A stretch of 64,000 bases of DNA from NCBI RefSeq assembly GCF_009914755.1, contig NC_060948.1, one strand, 5' to 3'. Position numbers and translations under genes: made by a program. This DNA is from the human T2T-CHM13v2.0 reference genome, Homo sapiens. Below, in pieces: positions 19,201-34,960 of this stretch (the first letter of the stretch is position 1; each line of letters opens with the position of its first letter). The notes below the pieces were generated by a model. That model ran no database searches. It had not been told where the DNA came from and saw only the letters and a list, made by a program, of their open reading frames with translations.

Positions 19201-21599
19201 CTGGTCTCTATGTTAAGTTGTATCAGCCTTAAGGAACCTCTTGTCCTCGATGTGTTTCTTTTTTTGCTTGTTTTTATTTTTGCCTTTTTATTTTAAGATA
19301 AAACTCAGATATGGAAAGCACACAAGTGTATGGTTTTATTTCCACCACACAGATATAAAGCAACAGAATATTGCCTACCAAACTAGTATTCCAATGCAGA
19401 TACCTTGTCCAAATCACCATTCCCTTTAGGCCTTTCACAAAACTGAGAAATTTGTCTGTGTTATTAGGAAGCCACACAGTGGCCAATGAAGAAATGAATA
19501 CCAAAGACAGTTAGACTTAGAAGAAATACATGATGAATCAAGGTCTTGAAGAAGGCCTGAGTGGAAAGAATCAGATAAATTCTACGTCACTGACAAAGGT
19601 TAGTCTTGGAAAAATGAAATTTCTTTTACTGCAAGTCAGAGAAAAGAGAAGAGAGGACAAGTTCATTCAACCTGTCATTTAATAAAGATTTATTAAGGCC
19701 CTATTACTTGACAATAGTGTAGAAAGCACTGGAGAGAGATTTTAAAGAGGAAAATAAACTGTACTTGGGCTCTCCAGTTAGATGGACTTAATTGCTTCAA
19801 AAAAGGAGGAGATGAGGTTGTGGTTTTCAATAAAAGCTGTTTAGGGGATTGTGGATTTGGACATGTGAAGAGTGGGGACAAAATTTCAAAAAGCTACAGT
19901 AGAGAAAACCCTACAGAATCAATACATTTTATTTGCAGGACTCTGGAAAGAGCCAAGTCTACCATTTTGTTTTAAAAGCTAAGCTTGGAATGCTTATATC
20001 AGACACCACAGTGAATCTAATTGTTTCTATTTTTATAATTGGACCTACTGCTGGAGTGATGCCAAAACAAACATACCAAATTAAAGTACAAACACTAATA
20101 AAACATAACAGGAGCAGAATGCTGCAAACTCAACTGCTTATTTAAAAAAAATGATTAGCTTTAAAATGTTAGCATGTCAGAAAACAATTTCCTTTTACTA
20201 ACATCAGTTTTGAAGGTCCACTAATCAAAAATATATAGAATTAGGACAGGCAGTGAATTCAATAAAGTAGACCTTGCAGTAAAATAAAATTTGCTGCAGG
20301 CCCATGCTATTGGAATTAGAAAGGCGTCGTCAATCATATGCCTGCAGATCAGAGGTCTCAGTGAGCCAGTGATAATTCTCATGTTTAGAGTCCCCCTGTT
20401 ATAACATGTCATCTTTTTAAATATCCTATTTGATGCAATATTTAATTGTCTCTTTAAGGGTGATGAAAAAAATACTAGGATGCTTGAACACTTTAAAAAT
20501 AAAAATATCCAAATGAGGCAGGCAGTGGGACTTCTTTTGTGTTTTCCTTTCTTTGAGCAAGACAGCATTTTTCTTTCAGTTCTTTCCTTCTGTTCTCATG
20601 AATTAATCTGCATTTTGTGATTTTAGATCTGTGCAGGGTGGAGTGTGATTACTGAGGTCTTAATCAACATTTAGGCTGACAGATAACGTAGAACCAGCTA
20701 TTATCTTCTGTGCAGAGAGATATGTTTATTGTAAATGCTGTGGGCTCTGAAAAGTTGGGAGACGAGACTTTTGAAATGGATGAGAGTGTCAAAGTGTTGC
20801 TTTAGATCCCTATATAGGTGAAAGAACTGCAAAGATGACTTGTAAAGAAAGAGTTATTTGTGATATATTTGAATGGAAGATAAAAAAGGAAATTATTTTA
20901 CTTCAAATATGATATGTTTTGTAATTATTAACTGAATTATAGAATTTGAATAGGAAGTGATTTCATAAAGCAATCACTCTAGTGATTTCCCAATACTGAT
21001 TTCCAGACAGACACAAGACTGGGATAATATTTTCACTACTCCACGGCAGAATTTAAAAAAAATAAGATATCATTATAGACAGATTTTCAATGAAGCTAGA
21101 TTTGTTACTTGATTTTAATTTAATATTACATTATTTTTATTTGTAGTCTTAAAATACTCTTTCCTCTTTGAGATGACAGATGTATATGGTAGGATGTGTA
21201 AAATGCTCTTGGTTAGATTAAATGAAACAATCATTGTTCTTTTGGAAATTGGAGTAGGGCTAATGTGAAGCTAGACGAGAAAGTAGGCAGCATGTGGTTT
21301 GAGGAACAAGATCTTCTTGTGCCTGAGCTCTTCCTCTATGTACTCAATATCCTTATTTTGCTATCCAGTTTACAATGTCATTTTGTTCCCTACTCCCTTC
21401 TTTCCCAAATTGAAATCAACTTTGAAAAAGAATCAGCTTTCAGCCATTTATCCAACTCACAGGCAAGGTGAGAGTGCACTGTAGGTGCTAGAAACAAAAA
21501 TCCACTGCTCTCAATTTTATTTTCTCATGTACGTTAATCCCTCTATCTCTACCAGCTCAGTATACATATACAACTGTGATCTAAATTCTTATATTGCTT

Positions 21600-22250
21600 T
21601 TATAAATTAGAATTTTTCCCATTGTTTAAGCCCCTGCCGCCTACCCCTTCATTACTTTTCTCCACTAAGCATGCTGTACCCACTTCTCTCATTTCTTCCC
21701 ACTGGCTTTTCAGTTCAGTTCAATTTGGTTTTGGTCTCATTCCACTGGAACTACTTTTATCAAGGACAGCATTCCCATCTGTATTATTAAAACCACTGGT
21801 TACTTTACCATTTTCCTCTTACTCAAATTCTCAGCATTATTCTGCACATTAGCAACTCTCTTTTCTTCAAACACAGAACTATGCCAAAATTGTCCTATTC
21901 TAGAGAGTTGGCAGCTGTTTTCTCACTCTTTTGCAATGGTTGCTCTTTCTGATATATCAAATAGGAATTCCTTGGAGAAAGCTTCACTTAGTTCCCAAAA
22001 TCCAATAGTTCTGTCTGTTATACCAACCATCACTACCGTCTGTTACTCTCTTTCAGCATCCCAAAGTTTCCTTCACAGCATTTACAATTGCTTGTGACTT
22101 TTATTTATTATCTGTCTCTCCCTGTACATAAAGCTTAAAGAAGTCAGGGACCATTAACCCCATATTCATTGCTGTACCTCCAGAACCCAGCACAGTGCTT
22201 GTTGCATAGTATTAAATATTCATTGAATATTTATTATTCAGTGAATAATA
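21600..22250 (+). mobile_element. L2 LINE fragments including the 3' end
   Basis: tcattccactggaactacttttatcaagg... and cccagcacagtgcttgttgcatagtattaaatattcattgaat (L2 3' terminus). Confidence 0.6.
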
Positions 22251-23406
22251 AATTTAATAATCTCAAATAATAATGAAGATCAATAATAATCTTGAATCTT
22301 AATAAAGATTCATTGAATAATTTGATGGATAGATGAATGCCAAGAATCCCACAATATTTTTTACTAGCCTCAACTTGAAAACTCATTCCAAGACTTTTGC
22401 ATTTTATCTTTGCAATGATTCTTGCATCTGCCTCTTTCTTCCAGTCCTTTCTTCCACTTTCCTTGCCCAGGCCACCATCAGCTATTAGTTGAACCACTTA
22501 ATAAAACTCATAACTCACCTTCTGTTTCTCTTGCTGATCTTCAACCCATCCTATATATTGCAGTTAGTCTTATAACCTTCGTGAAACTCAGATCTTATTT
22601 TCCTATGAAAAAACAATAACAAAAAAAACTTGCCTTTATGTAGACAGTTTGTTCTAAACTTTCTTTCCTGGCATTTATGCTCCTTGAAGATCTGTCTTTA
22701 ACTGACACCAGCTCTAAGTTGTCATAATGTATTTGCCTAGCTCTTTTTTTGTGTGTACTTCTCTTTTGACACTTTTAGGACTCAATGTTGTGTTATTACA
22801 ACATTTAATAGAATGAGAACATGTTGAAAGCAGATACATGGTATGTTTTCTAATCTCAGCACTTACCACAGTTTTTGATACACACAACTCTATAAATATT
22901 TGCTGAATAAATCATTGTGTGACCCTCTTCTTGAAGTTCTATGTTCAATATCAAAGAGAATATAGAATATAAAAATGATTAACTGCAAACCCTATATAGT
23001 GTTTGGTGTAACTAAAAATACTGAATTCTGTACATTTTGTTTAAGGCAATGGATATGACTTAATAGCTGTGTTACAGTTAAATATTGGTGTGCAACTGAT
23101 GCCTGCAGTTTCCTGAGCCAAAAGAGAAAAAATCTTGTCCTTAGATATTTTTCAACTGAAAAGTCCTCCAATTAATTAGAAGACCCTTAGCAAAAAACCT
23201 GTTGATGCATGTTGCCTTTTCCCCAGAAAGATCTGCAAGATATGAAGAGAACAATAGCCTCAGGCAGTACACTCAGAAGATGAAAGTGTATAATGTGAAA
23301 AAACACACTGAGTATTTCTAGCACAGGCTGACTGCCTGCAGGTCCTGATATTTACCCTCAAGCATGCTGCTCAGAATTCCATTATAGAGGAATTAAAGTG
23401 GCCAAG

Positions 23407-23462
23407 CATATATGTATGTGTGTGTGTCTGTGTGTGTGTGTATGAGCGATGGAGTTTCACTC

Positions 23463-23516
<54 letters not shown>

Positions 23517-23608
23517 CCACATATATACATTTATGTATACACACACATATATACATATATGTGTGTGTATGTATATATATATGAGTGAAACTCCATCTCT
23601 CTCACACA

Positions 23609-23645
<37 letters not shown>
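23407..23645. repeat. Compound (TG)n/(TA)n/(CA)n/(TG)n microsatellite with an embedded inverted repeat
   Basis: Read directly. 15-bp perfect inverted repeat at 23448-23462 / 23583-23597. Confidence 0.95.
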
Positions 23646-23646
<1 letters not shown>

Positions 23647-23804
23647 ACTGTTCCAGTTATATTTGTTAACATTTAGAAGAGGGTTGACATGATGTGCATA
23701 ATTTTAATCAATCCTGGTGTTGTCTCTGAGTAAACAAAGTGCATGACTGATATTTGAGATACTTCATGCCTTATCTCTGGATATCTACTTATGTTCTATT
23801 TTCA

Positions 23805-24287
<483 letters not shown>

Positions 24288-24757
24288 TTCTGTTTTCATC
24301 TTATACCATGACTGGTTCATCTTCCAGCTATGCTCCAGTCACCCTGAATTATCTTATAGTCACTTGATTCCAATAATGCACAAGCTTTTTTGTCTCCAGG
24401 CTCTGACACAGGCTGTTTCCTCTGTTTGGACTCCCCTTCCCTTCTTTTCTGCCTAAAATATTTCTACTCATTCTCCTATATCCAGAGCTCTTGATGCACA
24501 TTCTGAGTTAGTAAGCAAAATATATATGTATGTTCTATAAATGTTTATTGAAAGAATTATCATAAATTTCATCATTTTTAAAAAGGGTCTGTGACCCCAT
24601 AAATATTAAGATTCATTTATTTCTGCCTGTAATCAAATGTGACACAGTGAAGGCATACACAGACCTCCTCATTTCCCACTGCCCGAAACAAGTTATCTGT
24701 CACAGATATTCTGTCCCTTTTCTCAGTTTTTATAGCACACTTTACATATTACTCTCC

Positions 24758-25075
24758 TTTTTTTTGTTTGTTTTTTTTTTTTTTTTGAGACAGAGTCTTG
24801 TTCTTTTGCCTAGGCCAGAGTGCAGTGGCGTGTTCTTGGCTCACTGCAAACTCTGCCTCCTGAGTTCAAGCAGTTCTCCTGCCTCAGCCTCCCTGGTAGC
24901 TGGGAGGCTCCCAAGTATTCTCCCAAGTACTCCCACCATGCCTGGCTAATTTTTTGTAGAGATGGGGTTTTACCATGTTAGCCAGGATTGCCCCAATCTC
25001 CTGACCTCATGACCCTCCCGCCTTGCCCTCCCAAAGTGCTGGGGTTATAGGCATGAGCCACTACATGCAGACTAG
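24758..25075 (-). mobile_element. AluS element
   Basis: Poly(T) then gagacagagtcttg...cccaaagtgctggggttataggcatgagccact. Confidence 0.9.
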
Positions 25076-25539
25076 TATCGCTCGTTTTATACCATTTCTA
25101 CTTGTATCCCTTTGGACTGAGCTATCACTGAAGGCAGGAACAATGTCTTATTCACCTTTGCTCACAGAAATTAGCACAAATGGATTCATTTTAGCTGGGA
25201 GAATGTTGAAGCTTAAGTCAACTTGCCTGGAATTTAAAGGTTTGCATATGCTAAAATTCTGGAGGATACAGTGCTTGCATCTTCTAACTATTACCCATAC
25301 ATTTAAATTTTTGACAGTCATTGCCCTTCTTCAGGTTACAATGTGAATACCAAGAAATACAACATTTCTCCTTAATAAAATATGACAACCTTGAGCTGTG
25401 ATAGTCTGACACAAACACAATCAGTGTGGTGCTATCTTCTTCTCCAATATAATTTCTTCCAATTATTTTAATTATATGAGTTATAGAAATAAAATAAATA
25501 AGTAAAACAAAGGGGAATAAATTGTTGGCAAAATAATTA

Positions 25540-27490
<1,951 letters not shown>

Positions 27491-27964
27491 TTATGTGGGT
27501 TCTTTGAGGGTTAGAAGGAAATTTGCTTCTGCCCGATCCTGCTACTCTAGGACAACCCACACGCAAATTTATGTTTTGAGATTTTCTATAATACCCATGC
27601 AATATGGAACTGGCTTGACAATCTGTGTGATAGCCAGCCTGTGGCCACGACTTCTCAGGGACACAAATTGTTTCTGTTTGCCTCCTTCTTCTGCTCAGCT
27701 CCAAGAGAACTTTGACCAAAGTTCCTTGAGCTTGGAAATAGGAATGGGTGGGTTTACTTCTGTTTCACCATTACTGTGAAGATACGGTCTGGTGGAATCC
27801 AGATCCACTGGGAGAGAGTTGGCTATTAAACTCTTTTCCTGAGTAGTCCCTAGGCCTTGACTAGAGCCTTTCTTGAGATATGAGGCTAATAGTTCCTTCT
27901 TGGTCCACCACTTTTTGATATAATTAATGTTTCTTCCACTGGGAATTTTTAATGGTTTGGGAAG

Positions 27965-28317
27965 TGACATGGTTTGGTGTGTCTCCATTCAAATCTCTAC
28001 TTCAATTGTATCTCCCAGAATTCCCACGTGTTGCAGGTGGGACCCAGGGGGAGGTAATTGAATCATGGGGGCTGGTCTTTCTCATGCTATTCTTGTGATA
28101 GTGAATAAGTCTCAAGAGATCTGATGGGTTTTTCAGAGATTTCCGCTTTTGGTTCTTTCTCATTCTCTCTTGGCATTGCCATGTAAGAAGTGCCTTTATT
28201 CCTATACCATGATTCTCAGACCTCCCCAGCCATGTGGAAGTGTAAGTCCAATTAAACGTCCTTTTCTTCCCAGTCTCAGGTATGTCTTTATCAGCAGCGT
28301 GAAAATTAACTAAGACA
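27965..28317 (+). mobile_element. THE1 (MaLR) solo LTR
   Basis: tgacatggtttggtgtgtc...gtaattgaatcatggggg...tctttatcagcagcgtgaaaattaactaagaca. Near-TSD ggaag/ggagg. Confidence 0.92.
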
Positions 28318-28449
28318 GGAGGGTTGGTCCAAATAACTTTGACTTCCATTACAGAAGATAGAAGTTGGTGAAATGTTTAATCTTTTCTGTGGCAAACTTT
28401 AGCAGTGGGTATTATTTTTCTAATTGTTTTTTGTTCTATTCACCTTTCT

Positions 28450-29063
<614 letters not shown>

Positions 29064-31109
29064 GAGTTGCTTTTTTTTTTTTTGACATAAAAAGAAATCT
29101 GTGGAGGAAAAAGCTTGGTTTGTGGGAGCACCTGAGCTCAGTTTGGCTCACCTATTATTGACTGGCAGTGAAGGTATGTTGTTAATGTACAATATGTTCA
29201 TGTACATAGCATATGTATATGCTCATCAGGTATTTTCAGGTAAAAAATAGTCATTCCCATAGTTTGAGCCATTACAGAAATTGCCACCAGGGGATTTCAC
29301 AGTTGAATTCCAGTTCTGGGCAACAGTGATTAACATAATGGTTATTAACAAGAAGAGATTTTGAGACATCCAGCCATGTTTAGATGTCAGGGCCTTGAAG
29401 GGATAGGTTTGGCATATTAGTAAGAAAGAGTGCATTGGACTGGATACTAAGAAACACGTTGAATTATTTTTCTTGCCTCTATAACATGAAAGGACACTTA
29501 GAGATACAGAAATAATGGAACATTTCACAGCATGGCTTGACATTTCACTGAACTTTTATCCATTTAACCATGTACAAAGTTTATTAAATATGCAAAGGTA
29601 GGACTGCTCTAGGAAGAAAGAGGTAGAGTCAGAGGTCACAATCCATAGCAAGATAACACTGTCTTCTGGATTGCACCCTGAGAGCTGAATTAGAGTGAGA
29701 ATTAACTTTCAGGTTGCCAAAAGAGAACAAGGAGAATGAAGCTATCAGCAGTTAACAGTATTGGATTAATTGAAATGAATGTTGACAGAGATTTTTTTGT
29801 CTTTCCATCAAATTGAGTATAGAAAAGGTAACCGCTTATCAAATTTCACACATATACAATTGTGGATTAATTAAAAGATTACACAACCCACATATTATGG
29901 GTATCTCTTGTAAATGTATATGTACATGGGCAAACTCACAGTGTGCAAATATGTGTCTATATCTAAATATACACAAATCCATTGATCAACAGTTAGAAAG
30001 TTAGAAATTATTCTCCCATTTTACCATTCCCTTTCCTAGAATTTTGTCACAAATATAATTTTTCCATATGTTTGAAGCCTACTCTCTGGAGGCATGTAGT
30101 GTATATGTACAGTAAAGCTGTGAGATATCACAATGTTGTTGTCAGAGAAAACAATAACACTGGTGTTATGAAAGATTAATTGTGAGGAGAAAGTTATACT
30201 TCACATTACTACAAATACACAAGCATGATTTCATCCAAAGCTGAAATCAGTCAATATAATTTGTTTTTAATATTTTATTTAAAATACTTAATTTCAACAG
30301 TATTACTCAAGGAAAATAATGGTATTTGTAATAAATAATGTTGAAGAATTCCCTTTGTTAATTATTTAAAATGTAAGTAAAATACTAAAAAGTACTGTAT
30401 AATATAGTTGCATGAAGCATTCTTTGTGGTTTTCATAAAATTAATAGTCTCAATGGAATATTTTGAGACTGAGAAAGTTCCATATATCATTGTAATGTAC
30501 TTTCACTTTATTACTTGCTTGCATGTCATAAATGATGGAAATAAAAACATTTATATTTACAAATATGCAAAACATGGATTTTCATTTATGTTTTCTAGTG
30601 ATACAAAGTTACCAATAATTTTATCTATATAGGAAAATTTTTACAAACCCAAAGTTCTTAACTTTCTTTTCTTTTGAAGTTTCATATTTCAGTCTAGGTA
30701 TGAAATGGAATTTGCTGTTATCATTCTTTGATTTCATGTTATTGGTGAGTTTCTGACAGTGTTAGGAATGTATAGACTTTAAAGCTTGCTTTCTTCTTCT
30801 ACTTCTTCATTTCCCTTTGGACCTGTATCTGTGATGTCTGCAGTAATGTGCATCATTATCTCACATATGGTTGCTGAAAGATACAAGCATAAATAGAATT
30901 CTTAGTTTCAGTGAATCTTTAGGAACAGACAATAACACTGAAAGATAATTATGGTATGGATGTAAGTAAGCAGTTTATCACAGAGGTACAATAAGGGCGA
31001 AAATAAATTTAAAAATACATGCCTCATCCAAAACATGAGGTAGTACAAATGAAAAATTTAATTTGGCATAAAGAACAGTTTAAAAGTTCTGATTATTTCT
31101 GGTGAGAGG

Positions 31110-31920
31110 AAGTATCTCTGAAACCATGAGAAAGTCCTTCAAAGCTGCATGTTGGATTTGCAGGTCAGGATGGAAAGCCTGGGTCTGGGGGAGGGTGCTA
31201 AGGTCCTGGTCAGTTTGAGGTCCTCCTGGGACTCAGGGGTGTCTCAGTGGGAGAGCTGGGAAGGGGAAACACATGCTTCACCCCAGCTAGCAGGCCACCT
31301 CAGCCCACCTAGATGAAATTGTCCCTTGACCATCTCTTTCTCCTTCTCAGACAGGCAGGTGGAAGAACTCAGCCATCCTGAGAACAAGTGGTAGGAAGAA
31401 ATTTGCCTTTCATCACAACATTTACTTCTGCATTGAAGTGATCACTAAGGAGTATTGCATTGGCATCTGCAATGAGGAGCGCCTCCCCGCATGGTAGAGG
31501 GAGTGGTATGTGGGAAGCTGGGCCTGGCATGAGCCTTTCTGAATTCTCTCCCTCCAGGATACAGGGCAACTGGCTCCACTGCAGTCCAGTGGTTCTAGGG
31601 TCATGCAGGTGAAGGCCCCAGTTTCAGGCAGAGCACTGCCTAACTGAGCTTCTTCAGTTGGTTGATTTACTGTGACTGTCCAGGGTATGGCAGGATTGCT
31701 GAGGTGAGGCGGCTATGGGGGGTCATGAGAAATGACCCTGTTGGTCATTCTTTGGCATCGGAAGAACTGGCTTTGAACCAGAACCTGACCTGTGATGAAC
31801 ACTTTGCCCAGTCCCCCAGATCATCAGCCAGGGCCTGTGGCTCAATATTCTGCAGCACTATGCAAGGGAGTTAGGCCCTCAGAGAGAGAACAGAGAAGAG
31901 GCCAGGGAAGCAGCCCAGGG
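31110..31920 (+). pseudogene. Diverged partial TSPY-family relic (end of exon 2, exons 3-5)
   Basis: Exon 2 end ttggatttgcag|gtcagg (31163). Exon 3 31359-31471 (VEELSHP...FHHNIYFCIEVITKEYCIGI). Exon 4 31558-31703 (...CPGYGRIAE|gtgagg). Exon 5 from 31820 (IISQGLWLNILQHY). Confidence 0.85.
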
Positions 31921-32639
31921 CTGGGGGTTGACAGGCCTGTGGGTCCTGGAGTTAGGACACACATAGAGAAGCCAAGGCTCAGGGAGGAGACTGCAGTAAG
32001 CAAACTCAGGCCATCATGGGCTGGTGGAGAAAGGCCCATCAGGGAACTGTAGTACCCACATTTCATGATGGGGGAACCCTAATCCACTTAATAGGCATAA
32101 GTAGCTAAGGTCAATGGGTGGGAAGCCAGGATGAAGAGATAGCTGCCTCATCATCCCTTGCTAGCTCCTTCCCTGTCCTGAGGCTTGCTACTACCTGGGG
32201 TTCAGTTTGGGATCAACCAGGGCTCTCTCACCCTCCACACAGATGCCTACCTGAGGCCTCTCTAGGTCTGCGTCCTCCCAGAATGGCTCTCCCAGGCCTG
32301 CTACGTCCCGTTTGGATGACACCACGCTCCCCTGACATGCTTGGTCCCCTCCGCCATCCTCATTCACCCAGCAACTCCCCACCCCCCAAACAGGCAGGCC
32401 ACTGCACAGGGAATCTGGAGGACCACACAGGGCTCACAGGGGAGGAAATGTGAAGAGATGGCAAAATGGAACGGGACCTTCTGTGTGTTTCCAGAAGGCA
32501 ATCTGGCTGGACATTCAGGCCCACCTCAGTATTGGTGAGGACACCCAGTGTCTCTCGGCCCTGAGCATGTGCACACAAACACACACATTGTCTAAACGGC
32601 ATTGACATCACTACTACCTGAGTCATCCTCAGATTCTAT

Positions 32640-34400
32640 ACAACCCCTGTAAAAATATCAATGACCCATTCTTCTTAGAAAAACCATCTGAGAATCCTAA
32701 ATTTGCTATGAAATGGCAGAAGATCCTGAAAACCCAGAGCAATCCGGTAAAAAGCACAAAGCTGGAGCCACCACACTACCTAACTTCATGATATACTACT
32801 ACAAAGCTTTGTGTACCAAAATACAATAGCACTGGCAGAAAAGCAGAGACTAGAGCTTAGGAAAAACAATAAAAGCCCACAACTAAGTCACTCCATTTGC
32901 AGCTCACAGCCTTTTCCCAAAGAAGCAAGAACGTCCAGTGCAAAATCAAGTATCTTCTATAAACTAGGTTGGGGAAATCTGAAGAGCCACATAAAGGATT
33001 TTACAGGTGGATTATTTATCAGCAAACTCCAGTGTCGCATCTGAAACAATAAAATTACCAGAAGAAATCACAAGGAAGAAGCTCCATGGCATCTGTGTGG
33101 GCCGTGATGGTCTCAAAGTGACTGCAAGAGCACAGTAAACACCATCAAAAACAGAGAATGGGGTTATATCAAACTAAAGTGCTTTGGCACACCACAGAAA
33201 ACTAAACAGACGGAAGGGACATCCTACAGGATGGGAGAAATTATTGGATCACTATACATCTGTTAATGGGTGAATATTCACAGTACATAAGGAACTCCCA
33301 ACAATCAATAGCATGAAAAGAAATGGATTAAGGATGTGAATATTCATCTGTGAAACTAAGACATACAGTTGCCCAGAAGACACACTAAAAAGCACTCATC
33401 ATCCCTAATCCATCAGGAAAATGCAAATCAAAAACACAATGAGATTTCTTCTCACTTCAGTCAGAATACCTATTATCCAAAAGACAAAACAAACAAACAA
33501 ACAAACAAAAAACCCTCATTTCTGGTGAGGATGAGGAGAAAAGGAAATCCTTGCGCACTTTTGGTGAGAATGTAATTTAGTGCAGGCATTACAAGAAGCT
33601 TTATGGCTTTTATTTAAGTATAGAGCCTTCAGAACTCTACAAGTAGAACCACCCATCATGTGATCCAGCAAATCAGAATACTGGGGCACACCCACAAGTA
33701 CACAAATCAGTATGTTGAAGCAGTGTATGCACCCATGCAATTATTGCTGCACTCTTTACATTTTTGCTGTAGCCAAAACACGGAAGCAACCTGAGTGTCC
33801 CTCAATTGATAAGTGGATTAAAAAAATGGGGCAAAAACACATATGCACAATGGAAAAATGCACTGCAGTAATAAATAAGGAAATCCTGCCACTTGTGACA
33901 ATACGTGTGAATCCGCTGAATGCGTGCATGCCATTTTCTTTAGTGACATAGGCCAGGTATCAGAAAGGCAAATAGCACGTGACCTCATTCTTATATGAAA
34001 TCTGAAAAGCAGACCCCACAGAGGTAATGACTCCAATGGTTGGGGTGGTGTTTAGTGAAGAGGGTGCACTGAGGAGATGCTGGATCAAGAATACATATTT
34101 CTAGTTAGAAAGGAGGAATAGGTTAAAAACATTTTCTACAGCATGCTGATTATAACTAGTGATAACATATTCTTTCTCTAAAAAATTCTAAGACAGTGTC
34201 TTTCATGTTTTATCATCACAAAAATGCTAAGTATGTGAGGTCATGCATAGGTTGATTAGCTGGATGTATCCAATGCATAATGTATGTGATCTTTTGAACA
34301 TCACCCTGTAAGTTATAAATATGTATCATTTCATATGACTATTTAAAAAATAAACATACAATTTTTAAAATGCCTTAAGAGAATAAATGTCAATAAAGTA
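32640..34400 (+). mobile_element. Old L1MA 3' portion
   Basis: aaagcacaaagctggagccaccacactacctaacttca; aatgcaaatcaaaaacacaatgagat; L1MA-type 3' UTR (taagtatgtgaggtcatgcataggttgattagctgg). Confidence 0.8.
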
Positions 34401-34485
34401 TTTTATTATAAAGCAGTGCTTTTCTTTTCTATCAAAGTCTTTTTCATGACACATGAAAGAATGCAACATCATTTGGTAAGTTAAA

Positions 34486-34486
<1 letters not shown>

Positions 34487-34522
<36 letters not shown>
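34487..34522. repeat. (CA)n microsatellite
   Basis: Read directly from the sequence. Confidence 0.95.
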
Positions 34523-34525
<3 letters not shown>

Positions 34526-34664
34526 ACATCCCAGTGAATGTAGATGATCAACTGAAAGATTGAAATTACAGGTGCAGAATATAGTCCATAAATTGAAACC
34601 TTCACTGCATGTTTGAAAAGAAGACATGAGGAGGCAGAAGAAAAAAGCAAAAAACTCAAAGCCA

Positions 34665-34960
34665 TGCCAGGGCCCTGGGTCACACCTGTAATCCCAGCAC
34701 TTTGAGAGGCCGAGGTGGGAGGATTGCCTGCACTAAGGAGTTCCAGATGAGCCCGGGGCAACATGCGCCCACGTGTAAAAAGTAATTGATTAATTAATAC
34801 GTAGCTGGGAGGGGTGACATGCACCTGTAGTGCCAGCTATGTGAGTCTGACTTGAGAGGATCACATGGGTGTGCGGTGTCCAGGCTGCAGTGGGCTGAGA
34901 TCCTGAGGCTCCTCTCCAACCTAGGAGACAGAGTAAGACCTATTCTCAGGAAACAAACAA
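34665..34960 (+). mobile_element. Degenerate AluJ
   Basis: cacacctgtaatcccagcactttgagaggccgaggtgggaggattgc...gcacctgtagtgccagcta...gacagagtaagacc. Confidence 0.8.

Noticed and set aside
19460-19605. Exon-like AG...GT segments in the unique block (also about 23228-23340)
   Set aside because: No recognisable homology and no convincing open frame; splice-like motifs alone are insufficient.
23371-23676. ORFs rich in YIYI/THTH/CVCV (also at 6.3, 43.2 and 53.1 kb)
   Set aside because: Translations of dinucleotide microsatellites.
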